Part shown: positions 56,538 to 64,000 of the stretch, in pieces | How positions within the stretch are numbered: the first letter of the stretch is position 1 | Layout of the letters: each line of letters starts with the position of its first letter | DNA from: Candidatus Niyogibacteria bacterium | GTDB lineage: Bacteria > Patescibacteriota > Minisyncoccia > HO2-45-28 | Direction of reading: 5' to 3' | DNA length: 64,000 nt | Assembly (NCBI GenBank): GCA_016181935.1 | Contig: JACOYI010000003.1 | Location: forward strand, 35,741 to 99,740 | The notes under the pieces: model-generated | Told to the model about the DNA's origin: nothing | Databases searched by the model: none | The model's input: the letters and a program-made list of their open reading frames with translations, nothing else | Program-made: the position numbers and the translations under genes

Positions 56538-57746
56538 ATGCTTTTCTACTACAAAGCCAAAACGCGCGAAGGGGAGGATAAATCCGGCTCGATCGAGGCG
56601 GCTACACAGGATTTAGCCGTTGCCGCGCTTCAACGACGGGAATTGATCATCGTGTCGCTCGAGGCGGCCGAAGAGCGCGGTTCGTGGCTTTGGCGCAATT
56701 TAGCCGCATTCGAGCGCGTCAAGGATCGCGACATTGTCATTCTTTCGCGCCAAATGGCAACGCTCTTTGGCGCAAAGGTGGCCGTGGTGGACGCGCTCCG
56801 GATCTTGGTGACCGAAACCACCAACGAACAGATACGCAAGGGGCTTACGGCGGTCGCGGATGATATTCAGGGCGGACTTCCCATTTCGCAGGCCATGGCC
56901 CGACAGCCCAAGATTTTCACCCCGTTTTATACGCAAATGGTGCGTTCGGGCGAGGAATCCGGAAAACTGGAGGACGTACTAAATTATCTGGCCGACTATT
57001 TGGAGCGTTCCTACGATCTTATCTCCAAAGCGCGCAATGCCCTGATCTATCCGTCCTTTGTGGTCGTGACGTTCGCGGTCGTGATCAGCATTATGCTGGT
57101 GGTGGTCGTTCCCCGCCTGTCCTCGATCCTTATTGAATCCGGCCAAGCCGTTCCTTTGTATACCCGCATCATCATCGGGTTATCCGATTTTTTGCGCGTA
57201 TTCGGTATTTTCATTATTTTGGGACTCGTGATCGCGGGCATTGTGGTGTGGCGGTATCGCGAAACTGCGCGGGGCCGTCGGGCGACCGCGCGGTTCCAGC
57301 TGAGCATCCCGATCGTGCGCGACCTGTATCGTCAGCTGTATCTCGCGCGGTTTGCCGATAATTTGCAAACGCTCTTATCGGGCGGCGTGCCGGTGGCGCG
57401 CTCGCTCGAAGTGGCGTCCGATGTGGTGGGGAATGAAGTTTATGCGTCCATTCTTCGCGAAACGCGCGATGCGGTCAGCGCCGGCTCCTCGATCTCCGAT
57501 GCGCTTGCGCGCTACGAGGATGTTCCGCCGCTCGTGTCCCAGATGATCAAGATCGGCGAGGAAACCGGAAAACTAGTGCCGATCCTGGAAACGCTTGCCA
57601 AGTTTTATAACCGCGAAGTCAACAACACGCTTGAGCGCATCGTCAGCTTGATCGAGCCAGCCCTGATCGTGGGCCTTGGCCTCGGTGTCGGCATCATCGT
57701 TGCCGCTATTTTGGTTCCGATCTACAACCTGTCTATTGGGATTTAA
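56538..57746 (+). CDS. pilC: Pilus platform protein PilC/GspF
   Basis: GEESGKL, ALIYP, GEETGKL, LIEP. Confidence 0.95.
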   Translation: MLFYYKAKTREGEDKSGSIEAATQDLAVAALQRRELIIVSLEAAEERGSWLWRNLAAFERVKDRDIVILSRQMATLFGAKVAVVDALRILVTETTNEQIRKGLTAVADDIQGGLPISQAMARQPKIFTPFYTQMVRSGEESGKLEDVLNYLADYLERSYDLISKARNALIYPSFVVVTFAVVISIMLVVVVPRLSSILIESGQAVPLYTRIIIGLSDFLRVFGIFIILGLVIAGIVVWRYRETARGRRATARFQLSIPIVRDLYRQLYLARFADNLQTLLSGGVPVARSLEVASDVVGNEVYASILRETRDAVSAGSSISDALARYEDVPPLVSQMIKIGEETGKLVPILETLAKFYNREVNNTLERIVSLIEPALIVGLGLGVGIIVAAILVPIYNLSIGI

Positions 57747-57749
57747 GAG

Positions 57750-57826
57750 TAGCCCCAAGGGTAGTCCTTTTCTGATTCCTAAGGACTACCCTTGGGGCTA
57801 TTTTCTGATTCCTAAGGACTACCCTT
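57750..57826. repeat. REP-like palindrome, family R, copy 4 plus a tandem half copy
   Basis: TAGCCCCAAGGGTAGTCCTT...AAGGACTACCCTTGGGGCTA, then the loop and right arm again. Confidence 0.9.
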
Positions 57827-57925
57827 AAGTTATCCACAACGGCAATTATTTTACCGTCCCAAGTCGTCTATAATGGATGTATCAATGTTTTGGGATTATT
57901 TTAACAATTAACTAAACAGCTTTTT

Positions 57926-58441
57926 ATGCTACAAGCTACAAGCTACAAGCTACAAGCTCGCAAGGGGCTGCAAGCCCGCAAAGGTTTTACGTTGATCGAG
58001 CTTTTGGTGGTGATCGCCATTATCGGTGTATTGGCGTCGGTCGTATTGGCATCGCTCAATACCGCGCGCACCAAGTCGCGCGACGCACGCCGCATCGCGG
58101 ATATTAAACAGCTTCAATTGGCGCTCGAGCTTTCTTTTGATTCGGTCGCTACTTATCCGGCTACTTTAGCGGAGCTTGCTCCAACGTATATTCCGGTGGT
58201 TCCGCTCGATCCCCTTCTCGCTTCCTATAATTACGAGCGGTGTTCGGCTACGGTGTATCATATCGGCGCTGCGCTTGAAGAACCCACGAATCCTGCGCTT
58301 GACTCGGATTCTCGAGGCAACGACACAGACGTAAATATAACGCTTCCTAACGGTTGTACTACATGGGGTACTGACAGTGCTGTTTGTTACACTCCAACAA
58401 CGGGAGGTCAGGGATCTCATTGCTACGACGTTTTGCCGTAA
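57926..58441 (+). CDS. pilA: Type IV pilin, probably the major pilin
   Basis: KG/FTLIELLVVIAIIG, RDARRIAD; own promoter with TATAAT at 57869. Confidence 0.85.
   Translation: MLQATSYKLQARKGLQARKGFTLIELLVVIAIIGVLASVVLASLNTARTKSRDARRIADIKQLQLALELSFDSVATYPATLAELAPTYIPVVPLDPLLASYNYERCSATVYHIGAALEEPTNPALDSDSRGNDTDVNITLPNGCTTWGTDSAVCYTPTTGGQGSHCYDVLP
57929..57956 (+). repeat. Heptamer tandem repeat (CTACAAG)x4
   Basis: Directly after the pilin ATG. Confidence 0.95.
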
Positions 58442-58456
58442 CGCGTTGATATTGGC

Positions 58457-59242
58457 GTGGGGTCTTTCGTTTTTCTTCTCGGTTTGATTCTTGGCAGTTT
58501 TGCGAATGTCGTCGTAATGCGCTTGAATACCGGCGAGTCCCTGATCTACGGGGGCTCGCGGTGTTTTTCGTGCTCGCGGCGGCTTCGGTGGTTTGAACTG
58601 ATTCCCGTTGTTTCCTATTTCGCATTTCGCGGCAAATGCCGTTCCTGCGGCGCCGGCATTTCCCTGCAATATCCGTTGGTTGAACTTGCGAGCGGCCTCC
58701 TATTTTTATTTATTTATCTCAAAAGCACCCAAAGTCCGCCAACTGGCGGATTTGAGTGGATAACGTTTGCGCTCACAATAAGTTTCTTTTGGCTTTTATT
58801 GACGCTTTCGGTCTATGACATCCGGCATCAGATCCTGCCGGATATGCTGGTGGGAGCCGCGGCGGCGGCCGCCATCGTGTTTGTGACGGCCCAAAGCATC
58901 CAAAACCCTTCTCTTATCCTTGTGCACGGCTTTGCGGGAGCGGCCCTATTTTTGTTTTTTGGGGCACTTTGGTTTTTTTCGCAGGGACGCTGGATGGGGC
59001 TGGGGGACGCGAAATTAGCGTTTGCCGTCGGCCTTTTTTTGGGGCCGGTTCCCGCGCTCGTCGCCCTTTTTCTGTCGTTTTGGACGGGCGCCGCCGTTGG
59101 TATCGCCTGGGTGCTTCTAAACCGCATCCGGACGCTTAAAATCCCCATTCCTTTCGGTCCTTTTTTGGCGGCGGGTGCCTTTGTCGCCTATCTTTGGGGC
59201 GATATTCTTATCGAGCAGTACCTTCGATTGGTGATATACTGA
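58457..59242 (+). CDS. pilD: Prepilin peptidase
   Basis: GSFANV, CFSC and CRSC, YD, MGLGDAKL, IPFGPFL. Confidence 0.95.
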   Translation: MGSFVFLLGLILGSFANVVVMRLNTGESLIYGGSRCFSCSRRLRWFELIPVVSYFAFRGKCRSCGAGISLQYPLVELASGLLFLFIYLKSTQSPPTGGFEWITFALTISFFWLLLTLSVYDIRHQILPDMLVGAAAAAAIVFVTAQSIQNPSLILVHGFAGAALFLFFGALWFFSQGRWMGLGDAKLAFAVGLFLGPVPALVALFLSFWTGAAVGIAWVLLNRIRTLKIPIPFGPFLAAGAFVAYLWGDILIEQYLRLVIY

Positions 59243-59246
59243 AATA

Positions 59247-59942
59247 ATGAATCGAGGGTTTATCCAGCACTACAACGTCGAAATTTTCCGGCGCCTAAAG
59301 CGTATTCGACATTGTAGTGCTGGGTTTACGCTCCTCGAAATGGCGGTGACGGTTGGCGTTGCCGCGATGATCTCGAGTTTGATCCTTGCGAATTTTCCGC
59401 AATTTTCAAGGCGGCTTGAAATGTCGAGAACGGCGCAGGCCGTGGCGCTTTCGTTCCGCGAGGCGGAAGCCGCCGCGCTCGGTGTGCGAGAGTTCACGTT
59501 CAGCGGAGTCGGTTTTTTCCCCGCCTATGGTTTGCATTTTGAAAAACCATCGGCAATAAATGGCGATGGCCGGCAATTTTTTCTTTTCGCGGACCTTGAC
59601 GAGGATCGGCTTTATGATGGAACGAAGGATGATAATTTTGACGGCGAGCCCGATGAGCGCGCGGATATTTTTACGATCAGCGGCGCGCCAAAGATCGTCG
59701 ATCTCTGTTCCGGCAGAAAATCCCGCAGCAGTTCCGCCGGTTGCAGGCTTGACAGCTTGGATATCACGTTCGTCCGTCCCAATCCGGATGTGAAGATCAA
59801 ACGGAACAACGATCCGTTATCCGATTTTTCCGATGCGGAGATCGTCGTCCGGATTCCGACCGGAGAATGCCGCCGCATTACCATTTGGTCGACGGGACAA
59901 TTATCCATTGAGCCGATCGAAATACCATGCCAATTGGAATAA
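59247..59942 (+). CDS. Minor pilin-like protein
   Basis: AG/FTLLEM class III signal. Confidence 0.8.
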   Translation: MNRGFIQHYNVEIFRRLKRIRHCSAGFTLLEMAVTVGVAAMISSLILANFPQFSRRLEMSRTAQAVALSFREAEAAALGVREFTFSGVGFFPAYGLHFEKPSAINGDGRQFFLFADLDEDRLYDGTKDDNFDGEPDERADIFTISGAPKIVDLCSGRKSRSSSAGCRLDSLDITFVRPNPDVKIKRNNDPLSDFSDAEIVVRIPTGECRRITIWSTGQLSIEPIEIPCQLE

Positions 59943-60496
59943 AAAAAGGGTTCTCGCTTCTTGAGACCATTATTGCGATCGCGATTTTGACTCTCGCGAT
60001 GACCGCGGTCTTCACGCTCGTGTCCCGCGGTATACGCTCGATCTCATTGGCGTCCAATGAAATGACCGCATATTTTTTGGCGTCAGAAGCGCTTGAATTC
60101 ATTCGAAATACGCGGGACGGTAATTTGTTGGCGGATGATCCTCCGCGCGATGCATTCGATCCCGATATCTTTGCGGTATGCGAAACGTTCGAGGGCTGCG
60201 TGATCGACGTACACGCGAAAAATAACGACGGTTCTATCGAGTATTGTTCCGGCGGCATTTGCCCGCCGATCCGATTCAATCGCGAAAGCGGTATCTATAA
60301 TCATGATCCGCCGACCAGCGCCAATGAAAATACGATTTTTACGCGCCAGCTCCATATGACGTGCCGGCTACCCTGCGCAGAAACCGATCCGCAGGAGTTC
60401 GAAGTCCGTGTGGTCGTCACATGGCAGCAGCTGGATGCGCCGCGGACGCTTCGGTCATTCGCGCTTTCCGTTGGTTTATTCGATACCGCCTTTTAA
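59927..60496 (+). CDS. Minor pilin, PilV-like
   Basis: KG/FSLLET; AYFLASEALEFIRN. Confidence 0.8.
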   Translation: MPIGIKKGFSLLETIIAIAILTLAMTAVFTLVSRGIRSISLASNEMTAYFLASEALEFIRNTRDGNLLADDPPRDAFDPDIFAVCETFEGCVIDVHAKNNDGSIEYCSGGICPPIRFNRESGIYNHDPPTSANENTIFTRQLHMTCRLPCAETDPQEFEVRVVVTWQQLDAPRTLRSFALSVGLFDTAF

Positions 60497-60497
60497 T

Positions 60498-61094
60498 ATG
60501 AGAATGCATACCGCCGGATTCACCCAGCACTACAGCGTCGAAATATTTCGGTGCGCGAAGCGCATTCGACATTGTAGTGCTGGGTTCACGCTTCTTGAAA
60601 TGATCGCCGCGCTCGGCGTCTTCAGCGTCATCATCATTATTTTTTCCTCCACGTTTTTGAATCTGCTCAATGCCGAGCGCAAGGCGCAGATCGCCTCGAG
60701 CGTGCAGGATAATCTGCGTTTTGCTATCGAGGTGATGTCAAAGGAGATCCGGACGGGAACCCAATATCAAGTTCCGCCTCAGCCGACGAATACCGCAATA
60801 ACCTTCGTGAACGCGAATGATGAATCGATTACCTATCGCGTGAGCGGTCCGGATATTGCGAATAATCCATGCAGCGATGAGAAGCCCTGTATCGTTAAAA
60901 GCGTGAACGGTGGCGATTTTTTGCCGCTCACCTCCGATCAGATCGCAATCGATGACCTGTTGTTTTTTGTGGGCGGAATTCAGCCGCGCATTCAGATCAT
61001 CATTCGCGCGCGCGCAACCGTTCAAAATGTCGAAACGCAATTGAATCTTCAGACGACCGTTTCCCAGCGCAACATAGTGCGGCCAACACCATGA
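60498..61094 (+). CDS. Minor pilin, PilW-like
   Basis: AG/FTLLEM; RFAIEVMSKEIRTG; LQTTVSQR. Confidence 0.8.
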   Translation: MRMHTAGFTQHYSVEIFRCAKRIRHCSAGFTLLEMIAALGVFSVIIIIFSSTFLNLLNAERKAQIASSVQDNLRFAIEVMSKEIRTGTQYQVPPQPTNTAITFVNANDESITYRVSGPDIANNPCSDEKPCIVKSVNGGDFLPLTSDQIAIDDLLFFVGGIQPRIQIIIRARATVQNVETQLNLQTTVSQRNIVRPTP

Positions 61095-61513
61095 AAGGTT
61101 TTACATTATTAATGACGCTTCTCTATATCACGGCCGCGCTCTCGATCGGCATCGGGGTTGCGCTTTTAGTTGCGGGAGAGGTGGGGCTTTCGGGTACCGG
61201 CCGCGATTCGCAATTTGCGTTTTACGCCGCGGATTTCGGCGCCGAATGCGCGCTCTATTGGGACTTGAAGCATCATAGGTTCGAGATTCCGACAGAAGAA
61301 AACGGTCTTCCGGATCAATTTACGATTCAATGCGGCGGCGCGGGTTTGAATGTATCATTCGTATCCCCGAATAAATTCATATTCGCTTCGCTTAATCCGC
61401 GTTTCGATGTAACATTTGAACGGCTGGACGGGGGCGGCGGGCAGATCACCGCGCGCGGATATGCGGGGCAGGCGGGCCGCCGCGTCGAGCGCGGGCTTCG
61501 AGTAGAGTATTAG
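61091..61513 (+). CDS. Minor pilin, PilX-like
   Basis: KG/FTLLM lacking Glu5; AFYAADFGAECA. Confidence 0.75.
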   Translation: MKGFTLLMTLLYITAALSIGIGVALLVAGEVGLSGTGRDSQFAFYAADFGAECALYWDLKHHRFEIPTEENGLPDQFTIQCGGAGLNVSFVSPNKFIFASLNPRFDVTFERLDGGGGQITARGYAGQAGRRVERGLRVEY

Positions 61514-63540
<2,027 letters not shown>

Positions 63541-63541
<1 letters not shown>

Positions 63542-63704
63542 CCATGAACCGGAAAATCCTTTTCGGAGGCCCCGCAGGCGCTTTGCAAGGTGTTTTTTGG
63601 CTACAATTGCGCGAAGCGAGCCAAAAAACAAAGCGCCGAGGACGGAGCATGAGCGTCGCCGGACGCTCATGCGTACTCCGAAAAGGATTTTTAAGGTTCA
63701 TGGC
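63541..63704 (+). repeat. Structured repeat family X, copy 3
   Basis: GCCATGAACC..AAAATCCTTTTCGGAG vs CTCCGAAAAGGATTTT..GGTTCATGGC; internal motifs as in copy 1. Confidence 0.8.
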
Positions 63705-63713
63705 ATCATTCTT

Positions 63714-63998
63714 ATGATCACACGCGAAGATGTAAAAAAAATGGCCGACCTCGCGCGCATTGAATTGGATGCGAGCGAGGGCGCCGCGCTCGCAGGCGAT
63801 CTCGAGCGGATTTTGGATTACATTGAAAAATTGAAAGAAGTGAACACAAAGGGCGTGGAGGGTGCGGCGACGACCGCGCTCGTCAATGAATTCCGACTCG
63901 ATGCCGCGCGGTCATTCGAAAACAGTGCGGCGCTCTTGGATGCCGCTCCGCATACGGAGCATGGGCTTGTATCGGTCAAAAAAATCATCGAAAAATGA
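63714..63998 (+). CDS. gatC: Asp/Glu-tRNA amidotransferase subunit C
   Basis: ITREDVKKMADLARI, ILDYIEKLKEVNT, AP; follows ligA. Confidence 0.9.
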   Translation: MITREDVKKMADLARIELDASEGAALAGDLERILDYIEKLKEVNTKGVEGAATTALVNEFRLDAARSFENSAALLDAAPHTEHGLVSVKKIIEK

Positions 63999-64000
63999 AT

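Noticed and set aside
6727-57826. CRISPR array from the palindromic repeats
   Set aside because: The copies are dispersed with no regular spacers, and no cas genes are in the window.

Overview
The window looks like a chromosome segment of a Patescibacteria/CPR (Parcubacteria-like) bacterium, inferred from gene content and style; it uses the standard code with TGA as stop. Housekeeping genes are leuS (partial), glmS, glyA-folD, pyrE-like, dcd, parB, rel, topA-dprA, ftsH, recG, ligA and gatC. It also has a yeaG(prkA)-yeaH-spoVR operon and a complete type IV pilus/competence cluster. The most unusual content is non-coding. (1) Each of the five intact tRNA genes (Leu-CAA, Ile-UAU, Arg-GCG, Ser-UGA, Ser-GCU) lies directly downstream of, or inside, pieces of another tRNA of the same family. 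At the two Ser loci the intact tRNA is nested in a structured D-loop insertion of an outer tRNA, and the two loci share the architecture but not the stem sequences. (2) Two elements appear integrated at tRNA-Ser 3' ends. For the larger one, the reconstructed attP lies inside the serine recombinase gene, so excision would swap the enzyme's C-terminus; it carries a LexA-methyltransferase fusion and an MvaI/BcnI-type endonuclease. (3) Several families of palindromic or structured repeats occur, including a three-copy covarying motif of about 160 nt and in-frame insertions in protein genes and prepilin leaders. All calls are by eye; no searches or folding programs were run.
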